Source of the DNA: an uncultured Fibrobacterota bacterium
GTDB lineage: Bacteria; Fibrobacterota; Chitinivibrionia; Chitinivibrionales; FEN-1185
Assembly: GCA_963753345.1 (NCBI GenBank)
Contig: CAVWBU010000026.1
Span: forward strand, 64,001 to 128,000
DNA length: 64,000 bases
Direction of reading: 5' to 3'
The notes beneath the pieces were generated by a model that was not told the origin of the DNA, searched no databases, and saw only the letters and a program-made list of their open reading frames with translations. This document shows, in pieces, positions 1-9,224 of the stretch; the stretch's first letter is position 1; each line of letters begins with the position of its first letter. The translations under genes were made by a program, and so were the position numbers.

Positions 1-1207
1 TGGCGTTGTTGACGGCCAGCCCGGTGCCGATAAGCATCATGGCGGGGATGAGAAGAATTTTGCGCCGCACCTTGTTGCCCAAATAATGCTGGGAGATCAT
101 GTACATGCTGGCCGGGCCGCTGGTGGCGAGGATCATCGCGCTGATGACGCAGGCCAGAAGCACGGGGTGCATGTACACCTTGACAAAGAACAAAACCGGC
201 GTGGTGAGAAACGCGAGCATGAGCATGAGCGGGTGCACCGTGTAATGGGTCAGGTGAAGGACCGCTTGGAAGAACTTGAAGTACGAAAGTTTTTTTGCCC
301 GAAGCATGGGAATAATCTTAAGCGCGGTCTGGATGGAGCCTTTGGCCCACCTGAACTGCTGGTTCTTGAAAGCGTTGATGTCTTCGGGGAGTTCCGCGGG
401 AACCTCGAGGTCGGGCACGTATTCGGTCTCCCAGTCCTTCAGCTGCATCCGGTAGGACAGGTCCATGTCTTCGGTGAGTGTATCGTGGTGCCAGCCGCCG
501 CTCGATACAATAGCCTCGCGGCGGAACACACCCGCCGTGCCGTTGAAATTCATGAACAGCCCGTTCCAGCTCCTCGCGGCCTGCTCCACCATGAAATGAC
601 CGTCTATGCCCATTGCCTGGCCGCGCGTGATGAGAGAAGCCTTGCTGTTGAGGTGCGCCCAGCGTCCCTGGACAAGCCCGAGCTTGGGCCGGTTGATAAA
701 GAAGCAGATCGACTTCTTGAGAAAATCCGGATTGGGAACAAAGTCGGCGTCGAAGATCGCGACGAATTCGGCATTTGTCAACGTTAGGCCGTACTGCAGG
801 GCGCCGGCCTTGAAACCGATCCGGTTGGTGCGCCGCACCACGGAGACGTTGTGGCCTTTCGCCCGGAGGTCCGCGACCGTCCTGTCCACAAGTGCTCTTG
901 TTTCGTCCGTGCTGTCATCGAGGACCTGGATCTCGTGCTTGGAGCGGGGATAATCCATGGCTGCCGCGGCTTCTATGATCCGTTTCGCCACGGTCTTTTC
1001 GTTGTACATGGGAAGCTGGGTTACCACCAGCGGATATTGCTCTTCATCCGCAATGGTATCGAAATAGGTCATTCTTGCGCGCTGAAAGCTGAGCCGGGAG
1101 TTCCGTTTCTTGAGGTACAGGTATGTCAGGATGTAGCATTGCGCGCCGTAGGCGAGCAGTCCGAGGGAGCAGACAACGTACAGCGAACACACGATTGCTG
1201 GAATCAT
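1..1207 (-). CDS. GT2 glycosyltransferase (cellulose synthase/CslA-like, membrane-bound); runs off the left edge
   Basis: Manual minus-strand translation from ATG at 1207: MIPAIVCSLY..., with TQLPMYNE, QVLDDSTD, GFKAGAL, IFDADF, TLTEDMDLS and QQFRWAKG (D,D,D,QxxRW signature). Missing from the ORF track because no stop lies within the window. Confidence 0.9.
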   Translation of the reverse strand, partial: MIPAIVCSLYVVCSLGLLAYGAQCYILTYLYLKKRNSRLSFQRARMTYFDTIADEEQYPLVVTQLPMYNEKTVAKRIIEAAAAMDYPRSKHEIQVLDDSTDETRALVDRTVADLRAKGHNVSVVRRTNRIGFKAGALQYGLTLTNAEFVAIFDADFVPNPDFLKKSICFFINRPKLGLVQGRWAHLNSKASLITRGQAMGIDGHFMVEQAARSWNGLFMNFNGTAGVFRREAIVSSGGWHHDTLTEDMDLSYRMQLKDWETEYVPDLEVPAELPEDINAFKNQQFRWAKGSIQTALKIIPMLRAKKLSYFKFFQAVLHLTHYTVHPLMLMLAFLTTPVLFFVKVYMHPVLLACVISAMILATSGPASMYMISQHYLGNKVRRKILLIPAMMLIGTGLAVNNA

Positions 1208-1385
1208 AGAGTTCTACCTGCTTGGTGAATATGAATAATAGTAAGGTACCATCCGGCTGCGCTCACAGAGCACCAAGGATTTAAGACGGAATAATATAAT
1301 ATATTGATAATTAGGGCACCAAGACAGAATACACTCTAAAATAAATTCAAAGGACGGCGTGTACCAACGAAAAAATGAGGTATTC

Positions 1386-3437
1386 CTACCGGACGGTCTG
1401 GCTGGCCTTGCCGCCAAACAGGCCGTCGATTTCGTTCCGGATTTCACGGAACAGCCCTGCGTCGCGGAGCATGTCGGCCAGTCGCAGGTCCTCCCATCCG
1501 CTCTGGCGGAACCCGCTCACCTCGCCCGGACCGCGCATGAGCAGGTCCTGCTCGGCAATCTCGAACCCGTTGTGGTGGGAACAGAAATAGGAGAGGCGCG
1601 AATGAGCCGGAGAGCCTTCTGCCGCGTTTGCGAGAAGAAAGCAATAGGATTTCGCGTGAGACCTGCCCACCCTGCCGCGCAGCTGGTGCAGCTGGGACAG
1701 GCCGAACCGCTCCGCGTTTTCCACCACAAGTATTGTCGCGCCGGGAACGTCTATCCCCACTTCGACGATGGTGGTTGACACAAGCACCTTGACGTCTCCC
1801 GCGGCGAACCGGGCCATGGCCTTTTCCCGCTCGGCCGGGCTCATGGCGCCGTGGACCAGCGCCATTGCAACTTCGGAGAGCGGGCCGCTTTGCAGGGAAT
1901 CGAGGACTGCGTACACGTCCCGGAGCTCCGGGCCCTCGTCAGAACCGTCGCAGCTCTCTATGCGCGGGGCGACGCAGAACGCCTGGCCGCTTCGTTCCCG
2001 TATTTCGTTCAGGATGAACTTTTCCATATCGGAACGCCTGTTGTCCGGCACAAGATGGGTGCTCACGGGCAGCCGGCCGGCAGGCGCCGATTCTATCGAC
2101 ACCACGTCAAGGTCGCCGTACAGCGTCTTGGCGAGGGTCTGCGGGATGGGCGTGGCCGACATCACGAGCATGTCCGCGGCTGGGTCCTTTTCCGCGAGGC
2201 AAAGGCGCTGCTCGGCGCCGAACTTGTGCTGTTCGTCAATCACGATCATGCCGAGCTTTGAAAATTTCACCTGCGGCGACAGGAGCGCATGCGTTCCCAC
2301 AACGAACCGTATACTCCCGCCCGAAAGCCCGCTTCCGATGCGCCTGCGTTCATCCGGGGCCGTTTGGCCGAGAAAGATCTCCGGCCGAATGCCCACGCCC
2401 GCAAGCATGCCGGAAAGCGTTTCGTGCGTCTGGCGGGCGAGGATCTCGGTGGGCGTGAGCCACGCGACCTGCATGCCTTCGCTCAACGCAGGCAGGCACG
2501 CGAGGAACGCGACCACCGTCTTGCCTGACCCCACGTCGCCCTGCAGGAGACGGTGCATGCGGTGCGGGGACGCGGCGTCGGCGAGAAGCACGGCAAGCGC
2601 CTTTTCCTGGTCCTGGGTAAGCGAAAAGGGAAGGGCTGCAACCGCCTTTGCGAAAAGGGAACCCGGCCTCATGGACCGGCCGGGGAGCGCGAACGTGCGC
2701 TTGCTCCACCGCAGCGTTATAGCAAGGCGGTACAGCTCTTCGTACACCAGCCGGCCGCGGAACGCGTCGAGGTTCTGCGGGCTGGACGGCAGGTGCATCT
2801 CGCGGATGCATTTGTCAAGGGGCGGAAAGCCGCGCTTCTGCTCGATGACGCGCGGGAGCAGCTGGGGATAGTGCTGGACATTGGTAAGCGCCCACAGCTC
2901 GGCCTTCTGCATCACCTTCTGGTGAATGCCGGCCTCTTTCATGGCAAGGGTGAGGGAATACACCGGCATATACACGATGGCCGGCGCGGCCGCGTTTTCG
3001 CCCAGTCGCTCCACGGACGGATGGATCATCTGCACGCCGGTGTGAAACGAGACGGTGCCGGTGCACAGCACGCGCTGCCCGGTGCTCAGGGTCTTGCGCA
3101 GAAAGGGGATGCCGGCGAACCAGAGCGCCTCCATGCTGCCCGAGTTGTCGGTGAGGCGGATGCGCAGCCGGGGCCGGCGTCCGCGCTCGACCCGCGACAC
3201 GGTGATGACGGCGATGACATTGACAACAGAGCCGATTGCCTTGGCGCATTCGGCAACCGGCGTCACCACGGAGCGGTCGACGTAGCGCAGCGGGAAGCGG
3301 TTCAGAAGGTCGCCCAGCGTGAAGATGCCGGCGTCGTTGAGCGCCGCAACACGTTTTTCGCCCAGCCCGGCCACGGCGCTTACAGGCGAAAGAAAATCCA
3401 GGCGGGTGTCGATGGAGCGGGTCATGCGCATCTGCAA
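1386..3437 (-). CDS. recG: ATP-dependent DNA helicase RecG
   Basis: RLLQGDVGSGKT, DEQHKFG, SATPIP, QLHQLRGRVGR, DLLMRGPGE and an N-terminal wedge/OB region. The true start may be the ATG at 3431 or 3425. Confidence 0.95.
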   Translation of the reverse strand: MQMRMTRSIDTRLDFLSPVSAVAGLGEKRVAALNDAGIFTLGDLLNRFPLRYVDRSVVTPVAECAKAIGSVVNVIAVITVSRVERGRRPRLRIRLTDNSGSMEALWFAGIPFLRKTLSTGQRVLCTGTVSFHTGVQMIHPSVERLGENAAAPAIVYMPVYSLTLAMKEAGIHQKVMQKAELWALTNVQHYPQLLPRVIEQKRGFPPLDKCIREMHLPSSPQNLDAFRGRLVYEELYRLAITLRWSKRTFALPGRSMRPGSLFAKAVAALPFSLTQDQEKALAVLLADAASPHRMHRLLQGDVGSGKTVVAFLACLPALSEGMQVAWLTPTEILARQTHETLSGMLAGVGIRPEIFLGQTAPDERRRIGSGLSGGSIRFVVGTHALLSPQVKFSKLGMIVIDEQHKFGAEQRLCLAEKDPAADMLVMSATPIPQTLAKTLYGDLDVVSIESAPAGRLPVSTHLVPDNRRSDMEKFILNEIRERSGQAFCVAPRIESCDGSDEGPELRDVYAVLDSLQSGPLSEVAMALVHGAMSPAEREKAMARFAAGDVKVLVSTTIVEVGIDVPGATILVVENAERFGLSQLHQLRGRVGRSHAKSYCFLLANAAEGSPAHSRLSYFCSHHNGFEIAEQDLLMRGPGEVSGFRQSGWEDLRLADMLRDAGLFREIRNEIDGLFGGKASQTVR

Positions 3438-3519
3438 AAATAAATCGCCCCGGTAGACTAATTATACATAGTTGGGCGCGGTTTGCGAAAATATGGGGAA
3501 AGTATATTTATTCAGGATA

Positions 3520-6500
3520 ATGCAAGAATTCACCGCAAAGGCGCAAAGACCGCAAAGGAATACTACGTTTAAAACAGGATTCCTGTTACTCCTAGCAGCA
3601 AGCGCCGCATTGTGCGCAAGCGTGGACACGGTGATCATTGCCGACGGCGGCCCGGGCCCGTACAGGCTCGGCAGGTACTTTATCGACACGTCGTCGATAA
3701 AGTTGTCTTTGTCAAGCCCTCCCGTCAAGGACAGCGCCGGCCGGGTCCGCGCCGATTCGCTGTACGTTCCGTCGTACCGGTTCATCGACGAGGTTAACGC
3801 GCTCCTGTTCTCCGAGCCGCTTGCCAAAGGAAGCAGGCTGCGCGTGCGGTTCGCCACGTTCAACTTCGGCATGCCCCGCATCTATTCCCTGTTTGATAAG
3901 CGCTTCGCCGGTTCGCGCGACACGATGGTGATTATCCGCGACTCGCTGTTCAAGGTGAAGGCGAACGAATTCGCCGAGGAGAACGTGATGCTGAGCGGTT
4001 ACAAGAGCATCAACGTGTCGGTGGGAACCGGCGGCGCCATGAACCTGGAGCAGGCGCTCGACGTGAGCCTGTCCGGCGAAGTGGCGCCGCAGACCGTGCT
4101 GTCGGGGCACCTTACCGACCAGGGCACCACCATCGAGGGAACGCGCGAGCTGTCCGATTTCGACAGGATCTATGTCGCGCTTGACAATCCTCGGTATTCG
4201 CTCATGGTGGGCGACCAGTACGTTTACTGGCCGGTCGCGGGCGGCATCTTCTCCGGCGACCAGAAGAAGCTCACCGGCATTTCCGCGACCTACCGCGGAG
4301 GCTCTGCCTCGGCGAAAACGGGCCTGAACGGCATCGCGTCGTCGCGCATCGAGGTGAAGGCGTTCGGCGCCGTGGCCGGCGGCAAATACACCATCCAGAC
4401 CATCAAAGGCAGGGCAGCGCTCCAGGGCCCCTACTACCTTACGGGCGAGGGCGAGCAGGGCTTTATCCTGCCCATACGGAGTTCGGTTTCGCTTACGGTA
4501 AACGGGGAAAAACGCGCCGAAGGCGATGGCGCAGACTACACCGTGGACTACGAGCTGGGAACCATCACCTTTACGCCCAAGACCCTTATTCAGGACAACG
4601 ACATCATCCGCGTGGAATACCAGTACCGGCTTTTCGACTACCAGCGCACGCTCGTGGGCGCGAACGTGACCGCTGCGCTGCCCGATTCCTCGGTGAAGGT
4701 GGACGGCGGCATCTGGTACGAGGCCGACGACAAGAACCAGCCGCTCGACAATTCCATTTCCGCAAGCGACCTGGCGCTCATGGCGCAGTCGGGCGACTCG
4801 GCGCCGCAGCACCCGAGCGGCCGCGCCATTTTGGCCGTGGAAGTCCCGCAGGAGAGCCGCCTGCGGCCGCTGTACATGCTCAATCCGCAGGGCCGCTATG
4901 TCTTTACGCAATACAATCCCAACACGCCGGCGCTGGACACGGGGTTCTACGCGGTGTGGTTCCGGGAGGTGGGCCAGGGCAACGGCGCCTACACGGTGGA
5001 TCAGGATTCCACCGGCGCCCATCCCGAGCTGCACGCGCAGATTTACAAATTCGTGGGCCAGGGGCTGGGCACCGCCACCGATTCCACAGCCGTTCCCCTT
5101 CCGCAAGGAATCGTCAACGGAGAAATCCGCGTGGCGCTTGCGCCCCACAAATGGGTGTCGGCCGCGCTCGACGCCGCGGGCACCAACGTGGACAAGAACC
5201 TGGCGTCGACCAAGGACGACAACGACGACGCCGGCTCGGCGACCAACGCGCGGCTCCTGCTCGGCAGGCATTCGATTGACCAGCGCTCGCTCTGGCTTTC
5301 CGGCTACCACCTGTATGTGACGCCGAATTTCACGCGCGAGGTGGTGAGCACCTACGAAGGCGGCAGCGCGTGGGACGACACGAGCGCGGACATGCGGTCG
5401 GGCCTGCGCCAGGCGTGGCAGGGAAGCGCCGGAGGTACCGTTCTGCCCGGAACCTGGGCCGAAATATCGTACGGCCAGCTCAGGCACGACAACGAGCTCC
5501 ACACCGACCGGATTTCCGGGACCGCGCAGGCGACCGTGTTCAAATACTATTCGCTTGAGTACCAGGGCAGCCTGTTCCGCCATTTTTTGTGGGGCGAGAA
5601 CACGAGGCGCGACGACCTCGACGCCAGGTTCAAGCTCTTCTCCGTCGACTGCGACCTTGTAGGCCGCGATGAATGGCGCATGTTCCAGGCCTCCGGCAAC
5701 CGCGGCGATGCGGGCGCGGGCGCAAGCCTGTCGTGGGCCCCCTGGCTGCTCAAGGAGTCGGTGTTTTACGATCTTCACAGAAAGGGAGACGGCGGAGAGC
5801 TGGCCGCGCAGGACACGGGCAGGTCGCTCACGTGGGACCAGTCGTTTTCGCACTCGATCACGCCCGCGTGGAAAGTTGACGCGACAAGCCATTACCTCGA
5901 CCTTGACATTTTCGACAGCTCGCGCACCTCGGCCGTGCTGGTGACCGCGGCAAGCGACGTGTCGCTGCCCAAGAACGGCTTTTCATCGCACCAGGAATAC
6001 AGGATAAACGTGGAAAAAGCCTCCACTTACCAGACCGGGGCGGTGTATGCGGGGCCGGGCCGCGGGGACGCCGTGTGGAGCGATTCCCTCCACACCTATA
6101 TTCCCAAGCAGAACGGCGATTACCTCCTGCAGCAGCACGAGCTGTACGACTCGGCCGGCAACGAACGCGTACGCAAGACCCGGCTGCTGGTCAACTGGTC
6201 GTTCTCTCCCGTTAAGAAGCGGGGAACCGGAATCCTGCGCGACCTGTCGTGGCTCGGGTCGCTGTCCTGTGAGGAACACCTGTCGCTTGCGCATCCGCAG
6301 CCCGCCGCGTCCTGGGTGCCCGGCTACGTGTCGCTCTTTTCCAAGAACGGGCTCGGCGACACCGCGAGCCTCCGGTTTTCCGATTTGTCGTACCGCCAGA
6401 ACGTGGAATGGTCGCCCGACAGTCTCAAGGGCGTCCACGGCAAGCTGTACGCCGAGCCCTTCGCGAAAAAGCTGGTTGACTATTACGAAAGCGGCGTGGA

Positions 6501-7005
6501 CTGGGGAGCGGGCCTCGACCGGACGCGCGAGCCCTGGACCGTGGGCGCGGACGGCGCCATGCTTTCCGCGTGGCGGCACGGGCTGCTTGACTACAACGAA
6601 TACGCGCTTGCCGACCGGCACGCGGTCGTCACCGAAAAATACAGCATTATCAGGCCGCTTGCGCTGTATGTAAAGGAGGCGGGCGGCTGGGCCCAGCAGA
6701 CCGGCATTGCGGCCGCGCAGGGATGGTACTACCGGGTTGTCCCGGGCGTGCAGTGGCAGGTGTTCGGCAAGGGTACGGTGGATGTTTCCTACACGTATTC
6801 GTCTGTGGGCATCAACGGCATTGTGGACCCGCGCATCGCGCAGGGATTTACAAGCGGGATCAGCCACACCATCGAGGCGACCGGCCACGTGGACTTCGCC
6901 TCGCATTTCAGCCTCGACCTCAGGTACCACGGGGAGCTGGGAAGGAACTATTACAATTCGACGGGCCTGCATGTGCTGTCAATGCAAATGAAAGCTTACT
7001 TGTAA
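3520..7005 (+). CDS. Large putative outer-membrane beta-barrel protein with SprA-like motifs
   Basis: Signal peptide (FLLLLAASAALCA), DYTVDYELGTITF motif, amphipathic strands, C-terminal MKAYL. Start chosen at ATG 3520 within ORF 3472..7005. Confidence 0.6.
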   Translation: MQEFTAKAQRPQRNTTFKTGFLLLLAASAALCASVDTVIIADGGPGPYRLGRYFIDTSSIKLSLSSPPVKDSAGRVRADSLYVPSYRFIDEVNALLFSEPLAKGSRLRVRFATFNFGMPRIYSLFDKRFAGSRDTMVIIRDSLFKVKANEFAEENVMLSGYKSINVSVGTGGAMNLEQALDVSLSGEVAPQTVLSGHLTDQGTTIEGTRELSDFDRIYVALDNPRYSLMVGDQYVYWPVAGGIFSGDQKKLTGISATYRGGSASAKTGLNGIASSRIEVKAFGAVAGGKYTIQTIKGRAALQGPYYLTGEGEQGFILPIRSSVSLTVNGEKRAEGDGADYTVDYELGTITFTPKTLIQDNDIIRVEYQYRLFDYQRTLVGANVTAALPDSSVKVDGGIWYEADDKNQPLDNSISASDLALMAQSGDSAPQHPSGRAILAVEVPQESRLRPLYMLNPQGRYVFTQYNPNTPALDTGFYAVWFREVGQGNGAYTVDQDSTGAHPELHAQIYKFVGQGLGTATDSTAVPLPQGIVNGEIRVALAPHKWVSAALDAAGTNVDKNLASTKDDNDDAGSATNARLLLGRHSIDQRSLWLSGYHLYVTPNFTREVVSTYEGGSAWDDTSADMRSGLRQAWQGSAGGTVLPGTWAEISYGQLRHDNELHTDRISGTAQATVFKYYSLEYQGSLFRHFLWGENTRRDDLDARFKLFSVDCDLVGRDEWRMFQASGNRGDAGAGASLSWAPWLLKESVFYDLHRKGDGGELAAQDTGRSLTWDQSFSHSITPAWKVDATSHYLDLDIFDSSRTSAVLVTAASDVSLPKNGFSSHQEYRINVEKASTYQTGAVYAGPGRGDAVWSDSLHTYIPKQNGDYLLQQHELYDSAGNERVRKTRLLVNWSFSPVKKRGTGILRDLSWLGSLSCEEHLSLAHPQPAASWVPGYVSLFSKNGLGDTASLRFSDLSYRQNVEWSPDSLKGVHGKLYAEPFAKKLVDYYESGVDWGAGLDRTREPWTVGADGAMLSAWRHGLLDYNEYALADRHAVVTEKYSIIRPLALYVKEAGGWAQQTGIAAAQGWYYRVVPGVQWQVFGKGTVDVSYTYSSVGINGIVDPRIAQGFTSGISHTIEATGHVDFASHFSLDLRYHGELGRNYYNSTGLHVLSMQMKAYL

Positions 7006-7032
7006 TTGTCAAGATTGGAAGAAAGAGGGTTC

Positions 7033-7120
7033 TTGGTGGGGGAAGCGTCCCCCTCGCTCCGGCCTCCTCGGCCTTCGGCCTGCGGTGTCCTGCGCTACCC
7101 CCTCGTGGGTAGCCCCCAAC
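7033..7120. repeat. Palindromic intergenic repeat, family B, copy 1
   Basis: GTGGGGGAAG-CGTCCCCCTCGCT...CGCTACCCCCTCGTGGGTAGCCCCC matches 40658-40805. Confidence 0.7.
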
Positions 7121-7290
7121 AAAGTTGATTTGCAAGAAAGAAACCTCGGCTGCGGGGGCACAGAGAAAAGTAGTTGAGGAGTTGAGGAGTTGGACTCCAA
7201 GAAGAAACCTCTACTGATATTCTGCGGATACCGATTGGCGCGAGAAGAAGTGATTGACTGAATAGAATTCCGTTGCCGCACGCCAGGCAG

Positions 7291-7333
7291 GACCGGAGGG
7301 AGGGCCGCCGACGCGAAGCGGCGGGGCGCCCAA
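7291..7333. repeat. Intergenic repeat, family C (GACCGGAGsGAGGGCCG-hairpin-CGCCCAA)
   Basis: Similar to 63138-63207 and, more loosely, 36773-36824. Confidence 0.6.
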
Positions 7334-7372
7334 CTCTTCTTATTCTTGTGAATTTGATAGCCTCTTTAGCAA

Positions 7373-7400
7373 TTGCCCTTACTCTCAAACCCGATATATT
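7373..7400 (+). promoter_or_regulatory. Putative sigma70 promoter for tRNA-Lys
   Basis: TTGCCC-16 nt-TATATT about 35 nt upstream of the tRNA. Confidence 0.4.
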
Positions 7401-7434
7401 TTATAGCGCTTTTGCAATTCGACCGCACGCACAT

Positions 7435-7506
7435 GGGCTAGTAACTCAGCGGTAGAGTATCGCCCTTTTAAGGCGAGAGTCGTGGGTTCAAATCCCGCCT
7501 AGCTCA
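7435..7506 (+). tRNA. tRNA-Lys(UUU); CCA not encoded
   Basis: Acceptor stem GGGCTAG/CTAGCTC, D arm ACTCAGCGGTAGAGT, anticodon arm TCGCC-CTTTTAA-GGCGA, T arm GTGGGTTCAAATCCCGC. Confidence 0.95.
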
Positions 7507-7512
7507 TTTATC

Positions 7513-7558
7513 AAAAAGCCCTTTTCTCCAGCAAATTTGTAGGGAGAAGGGCTTTTTT
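7513..7558 (+). terminator. Intrinsic terminator after the tRNA (possibly bidirectional)
   Basis: AAAAAGCCCTTTTCTCC...GGAGAAGGGCTTTTTT hairpin with a T tract. Confidence 0.8.
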
Positions 7559-7798
7559 CGTTTCTCGCCACATTTCACGAAATATTGCGAACATTGATAT
7601 ACTGGACCAATGGAATTACACAACCATCTTCACCAAGATACCCGCGGGTGGTATAGCGGACGACGGCGGCTCCAAATTGGCAGACCAAAAACTACCAAGA
7701 AGTATCACGGCTCGGCGCAGGGGTGGTGAAACTGGTCGCGGGTTTTCAATGGATGATTGGGGTACCAGACCCAATGAATCACCCATAATTTTTGCTAT

Positions 7799-8128
7799 TT
7801 ACGGGTTCCCGATTTTCTCCAACAGGATTCCGTGATACGGTTTTTGCCCGGCTGAAATCCGTTTCCCCCTTACGTCATAATAAATCCCGTCTTCTCTCAT
7901 CTGTTTGCCGTCCAGAATAATCACCGCATGCCGGTTAATAGGCGCAAGCGGCGTTCGTGCCACAGCCGGGGTTCTCAGAAAACCGGGCCCCGGACCCGCA
8001 CGACAGGGCGTACCGGAGCTTGGCGCGATTTTTGGGCCCTTTCCGTGCGTGTAAATATATTGTCCGTTACATGAACGTATAACGGATAATGGCCTCATTC
8101 CCACCGTTTTCCGGTTAAGAACGGACAT
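7799..8128 (-). pseudogene. Probable remnant of a secreted protein (C-terminal sorting-domain fragment)
   Basis: Ends in YYDVRGKRISAGQKPYHGILLEK, resembling the C-terminal tails of neighbouring secreted proteins. No signal peptide or catalytic domain. Confidence 0.35.
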
Positions 8129-8203
8129 GGGGGTTTATATTACCTTCAAGCAGCCGAAATCGCGAAACAATCTTTTGTCGTCAATTTAAAGAAGGAGAGG
8201 TGT

Positions 8204-9199
8204 ATGAAGAAATTTTTCTCTGCTGTAGCTCTGTTGTCTTTTTTCTTTGCTGCGATCTCCGTTTCTGCTCAAACAGTGCCGCCCACGGCATGGCCTCATG
8301 GCGGCAAGTACGGTTTTGGCACCCGATATTACTACCTGCATAACTACACGGCAAAAGACCTGATTGTCAAATTTACCGGGGCTATTGGGTCTCCGGTAAA
8401 AGACACTTTCATGTTGAATGCGGGAAAAGACACAATATGGAATGTCTCGAACAATTGGGGGGCTGCGAGGGTCTGGGCATATTGGGATCCTAAGTTTTAT
8501 AATGGGCCTTATACTCTCGCCGAGATCACACAGCGGGGATATCAGGGTTCCGATTGGTACGATGTAAGCCTGGTTGACGGGTATAACCTGCCCATGATAT
8601 ATAAACCAGTGCCCGGCACATACATCGATAGTACTCCGTTGAACCAAGGTTGGGCTCCCCAACAAATGTGCGGGACGGCTGGTTGTCTTACTGACATGTA
8701 TCGAGCATGCCCGAAGGCAGATTTAATACTGAATGCAGCTGGAGACACAGAGGCTTGTGCTTGCCAAGACGATTCCACTTGCCGCAAAATGAAAAAGACC
8801 GCCTGTCCGCTCGCCTATAGTTATTCCGTTGACGACTTCACAAGTATAATGCGGTGCCCATCGCCAACGTTACCCGATACTATAGGGCCCGACTATATTC
8901 TCGACTTCGGCTTTCCTCCCACAGAGTCGGTCAGCAGGGAACCGACAATCAACTACAGTTTCGTTGATGCCTTGGCAGTGACTATGACAAGACGCGGCGA
9001 ATTGAAATACACGTATAACGGCGCCTCCACAAGCGCCCGGCTAGCACTGTATTCCTGCAATGGAAAATTGGTGGCCGAGGCCGCCCTCACTGGATCTTAC
9101 GGGACCATTCATGTGCCTGCTCTGGCACGAGGATTATATTTTGTGGCGCTTTCAACCGGCGAATTCGTAACAACGGCGCGGATGTTGGTTGTCAGATGA
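8204..9199 (+). CDS. Secreted thaumatin-like protein (TLP/GH152-like) with T9SS-type C-terminal domain
   Basis: Signal peptide; TLAEIT...DWYDVSLVDGYNLPM and CPLAYSYSVDD thaumatin motifs; Cys-rich; tail LYSCNGKLV...GLYFV...VVR. Confidence 0.85.
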   Translation: MKKFFSAVALLSFFFAAISVSAQTVPPTAWPHGGKYGFGTRYYYLHNYTAKDLIVKFTGAIGSPVKDTFMLNAGKDTIWNVSNNWGAARVWAYWDPKFYNGPYTLAEITQRGYQGSDWYDVSLVDGYNLPMIYKPVPGTYIDSTPLNQGWAPQQMCGTAGCLTDMYRACPKADLILNAAGDTEACACQDDSTCRKMKKTACPLAYSYSVDDFTSIMRCPSPTLPDTIGPDYILDFGFPPTESVSREPTINYSFVDALAVTMTRRGELKYTYNGASTSARLALYSCNGKLVAEAALTGSYGTIHVPALARGLYFVALSTGEFVTTARMLVVR

Positions 9200-9224
9200 A
9201 ATTGTTCGGTAACGTAACCAATGA

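Noticed and set aside
86-1228. Plus-strand ORFs at the left edge
   Set aside because: They lie antisense to the GT2 gene, which carries all the family motifs.
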